From NCBI GenBank assembly GCA_963706575.1, contig CAVPNL010000001.1, positions 288,001 to 352,000 of the forward strand: a stretch of 64,000 nt of DNA, written 5' to 3'. Positions 1 to 9,188 of the stretch are shown piece by piece. The number at the start of each line of letters is the position of its first letter. Position 1 is the first letter of the stretch. Both the position numbers and the translations under genes were made by a program. The stretch is from an uncultured delta proteobacterium. GTDB lineage: Bacteria; Desulfobacterota; Desulfobacteria; Desulfobacterales; JAHEIW01. The notes beneath the pieces were generated by a model, which saw only the letters and a program-made list of their open reading frames with translations, had not been told where the DNA came from and ran no database searches.

Positions 1-5
1 GTCAT
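1..5 (-). CDS. Probable start of a gene running off the left edge of the window
   Basis: On the minus strand, GAGGAGG-taaa-ATG (ATG at 5..3) lies downstream of the TetR gene; only the first codons are visible. Confidence 0.45.
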
Positions 6-91
6 TTTACCTCCTCAACTTCGGTTATAAATCTTAATTGCCATCAACAGCCGAACATAAGTCGAAAACATAAGGATGTTGATTACAGCAC

Positions 92-237
92 TAGAAGTGG
101 TTTCAAAACCCCATCTAAGGGACAATGGCTGCGTTGCAGTCCTCCGATAAATGCTCACATACCAATGTATGCTGCGCTTTCTCGATCGGCCTGCGCCTTG
201 CCCTTGAACCTTATCTGAGGCTTTGAAACCACTTCTA
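92..237. mobile_element. MITE-like non-autonomous element
   Basis: Perfect 16-bp terminal inverted repeats TAGAAGTGGTTTCAAA (92-107) and TTTGAAACCACTTCTA (222-237); no coding capacity; the right end contains the TetR stop codon. Confidence 0.75.
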
Positions 238-885
238 TGATGATTTTTTCCCACCGGCAAACATTCCAAAAATGATGTCGGTTTGCAACTGAATATAATC
301 TTCAATACTGTAGTGGTGGGCTAAATACCACCGCCTGAAGGTCCACATGTGCCCCAATATGACAATATTGTGGGCCGCCAGTTCAAGATTGTTTTCACTT
401 AGCTTTATCAGGTCGTCGGAATGGGCGATGCCGGCAAGCGCTTCCACAAAAAGGCCGGTGATACGGAGCTCATTTTCCAGCACCCGTTTTTGCCACTGGG
501 ATGGTAGGGATTGGGTTTCCTGGTAGATCAAAAGGATAAAATCACTCATCCGATGGCATACCATAAAGTATTCATGGATGATTTTCGCCAATGCATCTCT
601 GCCCCCGGCCGCCTGGGACATGGCTGCGGTCACACCGCGCTCCACCTCTGCGTGGATCGATTCGCAAACCATGTACAATATGTCTTCCTTTGACGCGAAA
701 TATTCATACAGAGAACCGATGGAAAACCCGGCTGCACCGGCGATCTGCCGGGTTGTGGTTTTATGAAATCCCTTATCGATAAACAGCTGTACGGCCGCAT
801 CGGCAATCTGCCGTCGTCTGCGATCCACCAGTTCCGGATCTTTGACCTGGGTAGGGATATCTTTTGTTCGGTCCAGTTCTTCCAT
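235..885 (-). CDS. TetR/AcrR family transcriptional regulator
   Basis: N-terminal HTH (LFIDKGFHKTTTRQIAGAAGFSIGSLYEYFASKEDIL); 216 aa. Confidence 0.92.
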   Translation of the reverse strand: MEELDRTKDIPTQVKDPELVDRRRRQIADAAVQLFIDKGFHKTTTRQIAGAAGFSIGSLYEYFASKEDILYMVCESIHAEVERGVTAAMSQAAGGRDALAKIIHEYFMVCHRMSDFILLIYQETQSLPSQWQKRVLENELRITGLFVEALAGIAHSDDLIKLSENNLELAAHNIVILGHMWTFRRWYLAHHYSIEDYIQLQTDIIFGMFAGGKKSS

Positions 886-941
886 TATAACCGTATGATA
901 TTATTGTATATTTATTTGTAACAACAGACCGATACGTTGTC

Positions 942-959
942 TGAACGAGCGCTCAATCA
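942..959. promoter_or_regulatory. Candidate TetR operator 1
   Basis: Palindrome TGAACGAGCGCTCAATCA upstream of tetR; a second copy lies at 1122-1141. Confidence 0.65.
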
Positions 960-1121
960 ATAAATAACATGTCTTATTTTTACTTGTCAAGTTATTCGCC
1001 AGTACAACCTTAGATTATATTTAACTAATTGAAATAATATGTAAAAGAAAATTACTAAACGGATTGTCGATTTCTGATGAGAATTTGTTTTGTTGGCGAA
1101 GATTTAATTAAGAGGGGTTAT

Positions 1122-1141
1122 GTGAATGAGCGCTCGCTCAC
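1122..1141. promoter_or_regulatory. Candidate TetR operator 2
   Basis: GTGAATGAGCGCTCGCTCAC; shared consensus TGAnnGAGCGCTCnnTCA. Confidence 0.65.
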
Positions 1142-1249
1142 AGGTATAAATTACTGATAGGATATCAAATGGTTTTACCGATTCTGTGAAGTCAGGCCGA
1201 TCAGTCGAGGGCAGGGGGCAGACTGACTTATGCTGACGGTGAGCGAATT

Positions 1250-2299
1250 TTACCCAGCTGAAGAGAAACTAATCTTTTTCATGTCATCCAATCGTCCCAG
1301 CACACTGCCTTCCAGCGCAAAGAGCGTGCGCTCGCAGGGACAGGTGCGGTCGGCCACGGTTACAATGTCGCGTGTCCGATAACGTATGAAGGGCGTCGCG
1401 CGTCTATCCAGATTGGTCAATACCAGTTCACCCGTACCGCCGGGTCCCAAGGGCTCATCGGTTTCAAGATCCAGAACCTCCGGGTAAGCCCAGTCTTCAT
1501 TGACATGCGTCACGCCGGATTGAAATTCACAATTATAGCCCCAGGGGCCGATTTCAGTGGAGCCCAGAAAATCGAATGCCTTGCAACCATAGGCACTTTC
1601 GATCTTATTTTTAACCCCGGGAATCACAGCGCCGGGTTCGCCCGTGTGCCAGGAGAGCCTGATACGAGCTTTCATGGCAAGATCGATGTCGCTTTTTGCG
1701 GCAACATCCGCCATATGAATGGCATAGGACGGGGTGGCGCCAATGACCGTGATCGGATAAGTGGCCAGGGCGTTGATGCGTTGTTCGGTCTTCATGCCCC
1801 CGGATGCAAAAAGCAGGCAGCCGATTTCCTGGCAGGCGTACCATCCGGCCCAAAACCCGATCCAGGGGCCGAAGCTGAACACGGGCATGACCATGTCGGT
1901 CTTGCGGATCCCGTAAGCATAGAGCATGCGGGCGTAAATATGACAAAATTGGGACCAATCCTCAGGTGTGTCGAGAATTTTAATAGGGGTGCCGGTGGTA
2001 CCGGATGTCATGTGCACCCGCTGGGTTTCCTCCATTGGAACTGCCAGCATGCTGCCCCAGGGCGCATGGGCCTCCTGGTCTTTGCGTAAGTCTTCTTTGG
2101 TTAGAAAAGGCAGTCTTTTTATGTCATCCAGTGTGCGGATCTGATCCGGCGTGATATTGGCCTTCTGGAAATGTTTTTTATAAAATAGGCTATGATCCCA
2201 GGCGTGTTGAACCAGGGCTTTGAGTTTGCGCTCCTGCAAACCCCTGAGTTCATCCCGTGATGCCGTCTCAATTTCAGGATCATAATAGCGGCTTGCCAT
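1250..2299 (-). pseudogene. Phenylacetate-CoA ligase (PaaK) family protein, C-terminally truncated
   Basis: HMTSGTTG, GSTEIG, IRYRTRD and GRLDDM motifs present; the ORF ends 9 residues after GRLDDM at 349 aa, against 435 aa for the paralog at 35963-37270; I saw no continuation in other frames. Confidence 0.75.
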
Positions 2300-2317
2300 A
2301 GGTCCTCCTTCGCAAAA

Positions 2318-3136
2318 TTATAATTTTAACAACCTGGCCGCATTTTCACCCAGAATCATTCGTTTGGCTTCTTCTTTTATACTTAAGCCCTGCAGGGCGG
2401 TTATATTTTCTTTGATGGTGGGCACAGCCGGCCAGTCGGAGCCGTAGATCACTTTATGGGCGATGCGCTCGAGTTCCGGAAAATAATTTAATAGATTTTG
2501 CGGTGGCAGCCCGGAAACTTCCATGTACACATTTTCATGAATCCGGGCCAGCGTCAGCGCTTTTTGATACCAGAATGGGCGCCCGCTGTGAGCCTGAAGC
2601 AGTTTGAGTTTCGGAAAATCCACTGCAACATCATCCAGGTAAAGGGGATCTCCGTATTTTAGCCGGGCGCCGCTGAATATAGACGAGCCGATATGAAGCA
2701 ATACCGGGATGTCCAGCTCCTGTGCCTTGGCGTACAGCGGATAGATTTTGGTCTCGTTGGGATAGAAATGCTGATAGGTCGGATAAAGTTTTAAGCCCCT
2801 GAAACCCTGGTGTCGCACCAATTCCTCCAATTCATCATCCGGTCTCTCAGATGTGTTCGGGTCAATGCTGGCAAAGGGTATCAGGCGTGGACTATGAGAG
2901 CAGAATTTCGCCACATCCTCATTGGCAGCGATTCCGGAAGTGATGGGAGCAAGTTCTGCCAGGATCACCGCATAATCAATACCGGCCTCATCCATTAGTC
3001 CCACAAAGGCTTGCGGTGAAGAATAGGTCTCAAGCATCCAGTCCAGGCGCTCTCCCCATCCCTGCTGCAAAAGTTCCGTATAATCCGGTGTCCGGCTGCG
3101 ATAATACGCGGTATGGACATGAAAATCGATAATCAT
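2318..3136 (-). CDS. Amidohydrolase_2 family metal-dependent hydrolase
   Basis: IIDFHVH, GLKLYP, VLLHIG, AHSGRP and YGSDWP motifs. Confidence 0.88.
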   Translation of the reverse strand: MIIDFHVHTAYYRSRTPDYTELLQQGWGERLDWMLETYSSPQAFVGLMDEAGIDYAVILAELAPITSGIAANEDVAKFCSHSPRLIPFASIDPNTSERPDDELEELVRHQGFRGLKLYPTYQHFYPNETKIYPLYAKAQELDIPVLLHIGSSIFSGARLKYGDPLYLDDVAVDFPKLKLLQAHSGRPFWYQKALTLARIHENVYMEVSGLPPQNLLNYFPELERIAHKVIYGSDWPAVPTIKENITALQGLSIKEEAKRMILGENAARLLKL

Positions 3137-3303
3137 TTTTCACCACCTGTTTTGACTTTAATTCTGGCGCAGACGTAATTACAGTTCTGGCAAATCCCGC
3201 CGTGATGCTGACGCAATTGGAGATGGCTCGTGTCCAGCTTGTTTTTGAAAAAGTAGTGTCGGTTGCAGACGCGGCAATATCCCCTCAGGTACAGGGGATT
3301 CAT
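3133..3303 (-). CDS. Small Cys-rich (CxxC...CxxC) zinc-ribbon/rubredoxin-like protein, about 56 aa
   Basis: MNPLYLRGYCRVCNR...GICQNCNYVC; its TGA overlaps the amidohydrolase ATG (ATGA); start uncertain. Confidence 0.6.
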   Translation of the reverse strand: MNPLYLRGYCRVCNRHYFFKNKLDTSHLQLRQHHGGICQNCNYVCARIKVKTGGEK

Positions 3304-3427
3304 ATCCTTGGTTTGACGCTCCAGGTCCTGTCCTCCTGGATGATTTGTATTCCTACGTTTCACTATTATCCTTGTAATGCTTTTATAACAGCCTGGCGGC
3401 TCATGACGGTCAAAGTTCGGGAAACGA

Positions 3428-3464
3428 GATTGGGGGAGGGTAACCTTTAGACCCCTCCCCAATC
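3428..3464 (-). terminator. Stem-loop downstream of the acyl-CoA synthetase gene
   Basis: GATTGGGGGAGGGT...ACCCCTCCCCAATC inverted repeat. Confidence 0.5.
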
Positions 3465-3540
3465 ATCTATCAAATCCAATCGTTCAATATTCGATTTGCA
3501 GATCCGAGTTGACGGTTAACCGAGACTCTGCGCATCGGTT

Positions 3541-5694
3541 TTACGACGGCAGCAATGGATCCGGCTGCTGCCGCTCGTGATCGATGGCATAGCGCCTTGC
3601 GGCGGTGAGTGCTTTTACGGCGATTCCGGTGGTATCAAAAAAGGGCATATTCAACCCATCGACTTCTTTGAGCCACCGCTGCTTTACTACGCCGCCAATC
3701 AACACGGAATAGAGTGGCTTTTCAGGATGAAGCTCCTTGGCCTTCTGGTAGACATCCCGGATACCTTCGAAATCCGCGTTCGCCAGACCCAACAGGATCA
3801 CCAGAACGGCATCCACATTCTCGTCATCCAATACCGAATGGATGCCCTCTTCGTGGGCGAGGCGGTTGCCAGCCCCCAGGGCCGCCCAGAGGTCAAGCGG
3901 ATTTGCGGGCGGTTGCCACTCCGGTAGAAACTTTTTGATACGTTCCCGGGTCCTGGGGCTGAATTCAGCCTGCACAAAACCGTTGGCCTCCAGCTCGTCC
4001 GAGGCCATCACGCCATTGGCGCCGCTGAAGGTTACGATACCGACCCGGTTTCCCTGGGGCAGCGGCTGGTACTGAAAAACCTTCATATACTCCAGAAATT
4101 CCTCCAGGTCGTATGCCCGGGTAATTCCATACTGCCGGTAGGCGTAATCGACGATCTTATCGTCGAGGGCCAGGGAACCGGTATGCGAGGCTGAGGCTTT
4201 GGCGCCTGCTTTCGTGCGGCTGGGCTTTAGCACCACAATCGGCATGTCTGCTTTGGCCTTATTCGCAATCGAGAAAAAGCGACGGGGGTTTTGCATGCCT
4301 TCCAGATAAAGCGCCACCTGATCGCTTCCCGGGTCTTTCCAGGCCCACTCCAGGTAATCACTTTCGTCCAGATCGATTTTGTTGCCGAATATAATACTTT
4401 TGCCGATCCCGATGCGCTGAACGGTTCGTGTCATCAGCTGATCGGCCACCGCGCCGGCAAAGATTCCGGATTGGCCGCCCAATGCAATGGAGCCATCCTC
4501 CCAGTTTTCAAACAGAATGAAGCTGGCCACCAGTTTCTGGTCCATGTTGATGAATCCGATTGAGTTGGGTCCCATGCAGCGGACGCCGGTTTTTCTGATC
4601 AGCTCGGCCAGCTTTTCCTGCTCTTTTTTGCCTTCCTCTCCGACCTCGGCAAAGCCTGCCGCTATGATTACCGCTGCTTTTACACCCTTTTTGTAGCAAT
4701 CCTCAAACAGGGTCGGCACAAACTTGCCCGGCAGAAGAAAGAAGACCAGGTCGATATCACCCGGCACATCGAGGATTTTAGGATAGGCCTTGAGACCGAT
4801 GATCTCGTCGGCTTTGGGGTTGATGGGGTATACTTTTCCCGGAAAACCGTTGACCACAATATTTTTCAGCAATACGTGGCCGGTTTTGGTTGGATTGGTT
4901 GAAGCACCGATGACAGCCACGGACTTGGGTTCCAGGACGGCCCTGATGTCATTGAGGACATCACTTTTAGCGGGTTGTTCTATGGCGTCTTCTTTTTGTT
5001 TGAGGGTAATCAGGGCGTCCAGTGCCAGAATCCGATCACCTTTAACCACAAGGGGATTGATGTCCAATTCTTCGATGTCGGCATGAAATTTGACCGCCAG
5101 CTCCGAAAGCCGGGCAATGGTCTGTGCAAGCGCCGTTCTGTCGGCGCGCGCTTGCCCGCGGTAACCGTCGAGCATCTTTGACCCTTTAATCTCATCCAGC
5201 ATCTCGGCAGCACCACTTTCATCAATCGGTGCCAGGCGTAATGTGACATCTTTCAACAACTCTACGAACACGCCCCCGAGACCAAATGCCACCACCGGGC
5301 CGAAAGGGGGACGGTTGGCGACGCCCAAAATCGTCTCAATACCGCCTTCCACCATTTCCTGAACAAGAACACCGTCGATTTTGGCAGCGGGATGCTTTTC
5401 ATTTATGGCATTCATAATTTCCTGGTATGCCTTGCGAACAGCTTCATCGTCAGCGAGTCCCACCTTTACGCCACCGGCATCAGTCTTGTGTAAAATGTCG
5501 GGTGATGAAATCTTTAATACGACCGGGTACCCGATATTTTGGGCGCTGGATACCGCTGCTTCCTCACTGTTGGCCAATTCTTCACGTGTGCCGGCAATTC
5601 CCGCAGCTGCCAGCACCTGCTTGGCTTCAAATTCAGTCAGTTTGGTTCTCCCATCCCTTCGGACGTCTTCCAGGATCTGTTCAATTTCCGCCAT
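3541..5694 (-). CDS. ADP-forming acyl-CoA synthetase (acetate--CoA ligase family), beta-alpha fusion
   Basis: N-terminal ATP-grasp (ILHKTDAGGV, ELDINPL) followed by a CoA-binding domain (VAVIGAS, GPNSIG) and the phospho-His motif ASHTGSLA. Confidence 0.88.
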   Translation of the reverse strand: MAEIEQILEDVRRDGRTKLTEFEAKQVLAAAGIAGTREELANSEEAAVSSAQNIGYPVVLKISSPDILHKTDAGGVKVGLADDEAVRKAYQEIMNAINEKHPAAKIDGVLVQEMVEGGIETILGVANRPPFGPVVAFGLGGVFVELLKDVTLRLAPIDESGAAEMLDEIKGSKMLDGYRGQARADRTALAQTIARLSELAVKFHADIEELDINPLVVKGDRILALDALITLKQKEDAIEQPAKSDVLNDIRAVLEPKSVAVIGASTNPTKTGHVLLKNIVVNGFPGKVYPINPKADEIIGLKAYPKILDVPGDIDLVFFLLPGKFVPTLFEDCYKKGVKAAVIIAAGFAEVGEEGKKEQEKLAELIRKTGVRCMGPNSIGFINMDQKLVASFILFENWEDGSIALGGQSGIFAGAVADQLMTRTVQRIGIGKSIIFGNKIDLDESDYLEWAWKDPGSDQVALYLEGMQNPRRFFSIANKAKADMPIVVLKPSRTKAGAKASASHTGSLALDDKIVDYAYRQYGITRAYDLEEFLEYMKVFQYQPLPQGNRVGIVTFSGANGVMASDELEANGFVQAEFSPRTRERIKKFLPEWQPPANPLDLWAALGAGNRLAHEEGIHSVLDDENVDAVLVILLGLANADFEGIRDVYQKAKELHPEKPLYSVLIGGVVKQRWLKEVDGLNMPFFDTTGIAVKALTAARRYAIDHERQQPDPLLPS

Positions 5695-5748
5695 TATCTT
5701 ACCTCCTAAATAAGGTGTTTAGTAATTGCCTTTTTAATTGATAGTGAC

Positions 5749-6081
5749 CTAGTGTCATGTCCCAGAAATGTCGGCTAAAATATTATTCCGTTCTGAGTCG
5801 TGGTATCGATCCGTCATTCCCGTGCAGCAGACTGTGTCGTAATTCAAAAAAGCGCTTAAATTCTGCCTGTCATGCCGGACTTGATCCGGCATCCAGAACT
5901 GTAACACTTTGAAAAAGCACTGGATTCCGGGTCAAGCCCGGAATGACAAAAAGGCTCATTTTCCTCGCTTGAAGATTATGTCACAGCCTCGCAGGCGGGA
6001 GTCCAGTTCAAAGACGCCTGGATTCCCGCCTGCGAGGCTGTGACATTCATTTTGCAACTTATTTATAGGACATGACACTAG
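5749..6081. mobile_element. MITE-like element with nested REP-like palindromes
   Basis: 14-bp terminal inverted repeats CTAGTGTCATGTCC / GGACATGACACTAG; internal GTCATGCCGGACTTGATCCGGCATCC...GGATTCCGGGTCAAGCCCGGAATGAC and an interrupted GTCATTCCCG...GCGGGAGTCC hairpin. Confidence 0.7.
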
Positions 6082-6111
6082 ATACTATCTCAAAACTGCA
6101 TAAATGCTCGC

Positions 6112-6228
6112 TAGTTGAGCGGCTTGTTCTGTTAGCCCGTTAGCGCCTTGTTCAGTTGACCGTAAAAAATAGTATTTTTTTTATCGGTCTCAACTGGTCC
6201 AACGGAACAAAGTGCTCAACTGGCAAAC
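6112..6228. repeat. Degenerate 9-bp-period tandem-repeat palindrome
   Basis: A left arm of GTT-containing units (AGTTGAGCG, TTGTTCTGTT, CAGTTGACCG) faces a right arm of AAC-containing units (CTCAACTGG, CAACGGAACAA, GCTCAACT). Confidence 0.5.
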
Positions 6229-6277
6229 CTATAGAATATATAACTTCCCTAAATCTCGCCCCTGCTGGACGAAAAAT

Positions 6278-6330
6278 TAGCCACTCGCCTGGAACTCAGT
6301 GCGAGGTCATAAGCCATGGCGAGTGGCTAG
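6278..6330 (-). terminator. Stem-loop downstream of the ABC substrate-binding gene
   Basis: 12-bp perfect stem TAGCCACTCGCC...GGCGAGTGGCTA. Confidence 0.5.
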
Positions 6331-6365
6331 TTGAATTCGCGACTCCGTTTATGAACAAAGTCGTT

Positions 6366-7544
6366 TTATCTGGCCATGAATGCTCCGCCTTCAACAACCA
6401 GGGTTCTGACACCGCCGACGCCGTCACCGTTTTTGTCCATGGTGGTCACACCGGAGATGCCGTTGAAATCTTTCAGCTTTTCCCAACCCTGGCGGATTTT
6501 ATCGCGATCCTTGGCCAGGTCTCCGGGTTTGTTGGTAACCCCTTCTTCCTCCATGATTTTCTTGATAATATAAATGTTGTCATAGGAACGCGGTCCGCCG
6601 TAAGGTGGCGCTTTGCCGCCCGGAGAACGCGCTTTGAATTTCTCAAGATATTTGACCATTCTGGGGTCGGGGTTGCCACCGATCCAGGCGGCCGTTGAAC
6701 CAAAATAGCCTTCGACAGCCTCCCCGCCGATTTCGATCAGACCGGGAGTACTGTTGCAGGCGCCGCCCAGCATGGGTGCATTAAGGCCCTGCTTTTTAGC
6801 TTCGATCGCAATTTTGGCGCCGGCTTCGTAGCAGGAGCCAACCGCAATGCCATCCGGGTTCAGCGATTTGACCTCGGTTATAAATGGTGCGAAATCAACG
6901 GTTTGAGTCTGGAACGTAAACATTTTCTTGAGCTCTATGCCGTGTTTTTTGAATAAAACCGGCATGATTTTTTTGCCTTCCACCGTGGAAACGGCATCTT
7001 CCGAGTTGTAAAGGATAACGGCGGATTTGATACCATATTTTTCTTTCCATTTGGTGATGGCCGGATCGAGCTGCTTATCGCTGGTCAGGGTATTTCTGAA
7101 TGCCCAGGGGCTCAGGGCGGACAGACCCGGTTTGGAGGAGCAAAAAGAAATCATCGGCATCTTTAATCGATTCAGCTTTGGAAAAATGACTTCACAGACT
7201 GAGCTCTGGCAGGGCCCGTTGACCACCAGGGCCTTATCCTGTTTGGCGAGTTTTTCGACCACCGGGATGGCAGGTGGTGCTTTGCAGCCAACGTCGTACC
7301 ACACCATCTCGATTGGAACACCGCCGATTCCGCCGGCGGCATTGATTTCTTCTACCGCAATTTCAGCAGAAATTTTTGCAGCGTTGCCCCACTCAGCGCA
7401 GACCCCTGAAACTGAATAGATGCCGCCAATTTTGACCGTATCGCCGGAAAGCTTTCCGGCTTGAGCGGATGGCGCAAAGGTCAGGACGCTTACCACAAAA
7501 AACGCAATAATTACAATTGGCAAAAAATTTTTCTGTTTTACCAT
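6366..7544 (-). CDS. LIV/HAAT-family ABC transporter substrate-binding protein
   Basis: Signal peptide ending AQA; VKIGGIYSVSG and AVEEINAAGGIGG motifs; adjacent permeases and ATPases. Confidence 0.9.
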   Translation of the reverse strand: MVKQKNFLPIVIIAFFVVSVLTFAPSAQAGKLSGDTVKIGGIYSVSGVCAEWGNAAKISAEIAVEEINAAGGIGGVPIEMVWYDVGCKAPPAIPVVEKLAKQDKALVVNGPCQSSVCEVIFPKLNRLKMPMISFCSSKPGLSALSPWAFRNTLTSDKQLDPAITKWKEKYGIKSAVILYNSEDAVSTVEGKKIMPVLFKKHGIELKKMFTFQTQTVDFAPFITEVKSLNPDGIAVGSCYEAGAKIAIEAKKQGLNAPMLGGACNSTPGLIEIGGEAVEGYFGSTAAWIGGNPDPRMVKYLEKFKARSPGGKAPPYGGPRSYDNIYIIKKIMEEEGVTNKPGDLAKDRDKIRQGWEKLKDFNGISGVTTMDKNGDGVGGVRTLVVEGGAFMAR

Positions 7545-7689
7545 GATGCCCTCCTTTCGAATAGAAGTGAACCTACAAAGGACCCGTTCGGGTTCGTCCT
7601 CATTTTTTTTATCACCTCCCTTATCTCAACAGACGATATTCTTTAAACCGACGGTTCTTATAAACGAATTGATTTTATTTTACATCCAT

Positions 7690-8421
7690 TCATTGAACCC
7701 GCGCGCTGCGGCCGGCTCTTCCCAGGTAGGCTCTTTGAACCGCCTCATTATCCCGCAGCGTCTGACTGTTGCCCTCCAGGACAATGCGGCCGGTTTCCAT
7801 TACATAGCCGCGATCCGCGACAGTCAGGGCCTGATTGGCATTTTGCTCCACCAGCAAGATCGTGTAACCGTCGTTGGCACGCAGTTCATGGATGGTTTCG
7901 ATGATAAATTCCACTAAAACCGGCGCCAGCCCCAGAGAGGGCTCATCCATGAGCAGCAGCTGCGGTTTTGCCATCAAGGCCCGGCCGATCGCGAGCATCT
8001 GTTGTTCGCCTCCTGAAAGCGTGCCTGCATTCTGGCCCAGTCGTTCTTTCAATATCGGGAATTTTTCGAAGACCTGGTCAAGATCCTTGGCGATACCCAT
8101 TTTGTCGGAACGCAGGTAGGCGCCCATTTCCAGATTTTCTTTCACGGTCATGCGGGATAATATCCCCCGTCCTTCGGGAATTTGAACCACCCCCATCTTG
8201 ACGATTGCATAGGGTTTAACGCCGTCGATCCTGCGGTCCTGGTAGACAATTCGACCCTCTTTGGGCTTTAGGGCGCCGGATATGGTTCTCAAAAGCGTGC
8301 TTTTCCCGGCACCATTGGCGCCAATCAGAACCACGACTTCGCCGCGCTGGACGTCAATTCTTACCGCATTGATCGCGAGAATACCGCCGTATCCGGCTGA
8401 GATGTTTTCGACAGACAGCAT
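7690..8421 (-). CDS. livF: LivF-type ABC ATPase
   Basis: GANGAGKS, LSGGEQQMLA, MDEPSLGLAP. Confidence 0.9.
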   Translation of the reverse strand: MLSVENISAGYGGILAINAVRIDVQRGEVVVLIGANGAGKSTLLRTISGALKPKEGRIVYQDRRIDGVKPYAIVKMGVVQIPEGRGILSRMTVKENLEMGAYLRSDKMGIAKDLDQVFEKFPILKERLGQNAGTLSGGEQQMLAIGRALMAKPQLLLMDEPSLGLAPVLVEFIIETIHELRANDGYTILLVEQNANQALTVADRGYVMETGRIVLEGNSQTLRDNEAVQRAYLGRAGRSARVQ

Positions 8422-8426
8422 CGCAT

Positions 8427-9188
8427 CTACCTTTTTCTGCCTAAATAGGCTTCAATGACCGCAGGATTTTCCTGAATCTCGGACGGGTTGCCTTCGGCGA
8501 TTTTAGCGCCGAAATTGAGCACTGAAATCACATTGGATATTTCCATGACCAAATCCATATTATGCTCGATTAAAAGAACCGTCTTACCCATCTGGTTGAT
8601 TTTGACGATCAGGGATTCCAGATCCACGGTTTCTTTTGGATTCATTCCGGCTGCGGGTTCGTCGAAGAGCAGCAAATCCGGATCCTGGCTGAGTGCCCTG
8701 GCGATTTCAACAAGACGCTGCTCGGCATGGGGGAGGTTGGCGGCAATCTGGTCGGCTTTTTGAGGGATGCCGACAAACTCCAACCAGTGCATGGCATTTT
8801 CACGGGTGGTCTTTTCTTCCTTCAACTCCCGCAGAGAAATTCGGAAGAGGGTTCTTAACAACCCGGTTTTGGTCCGGCAATAACTGCCAAGCATCACATT
8901 TTCCAAAACGCTCATATGACCGAAAAGCCTTACGATCTGAAAGGTCCTGGCAATTCCCAGTTCGGCTCTCTGATGGGGCTTTAATCCGTTAATCAGGCTT
9001 TTTCGAAAGGAGATTTGTCCTTCGGTAACATCGTACATTCCGCTGATCAGGTTAAAAAGGGTGGTCTTGCCGGCGCCATTGGGTCCGATAATGGCATGTA
9101 GCGTATTTTCTTCTACTTCAAGTTCTACATTCATAAGTGCGCAAAACCCGTCGAAATATTTAGCGATATCTTTTATTTCAAGAATCAT
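8427..9188 (-). CDS. livG: LivG-type ABC ATPase
   Basis: GPNGAGKT, IARTFQ, DEPAAGMN, VIEAYLG. Confidence 0.9.
   Translation of the reverse strand: MILEIKDIAKYFDGFCALMNVELEVEENTLHAIIGPNGAGKTTLFNLISGMYDVTEGQISFRKSLINGLKPHQRAELGIARTFQIVRLFGHMSVLENVMLGSYCRTKTGLLRTLFRISLRELKEEKTTRENAMHWLEFVGIPQKADQIAANLPHAEQRLVEIARALSQDPDLLLFDEPAAGMNPKETVDLESLIVKINQMGKTVLLIEHNMDLVMEISNVISVLNFGAKIAEGNPSEIQENPAVIEAYLGRKR

Noticed and set aside
15..305. 96-aa ORF over the MITE
   Set aside because: Overlaps the tetR 3' end and runs through a non-coding repeat; no motifs
6156..6698. 180-aa plus-strand ORF
   Set aside because: Spans repeat DNA and the antisense strand of the SBP gene
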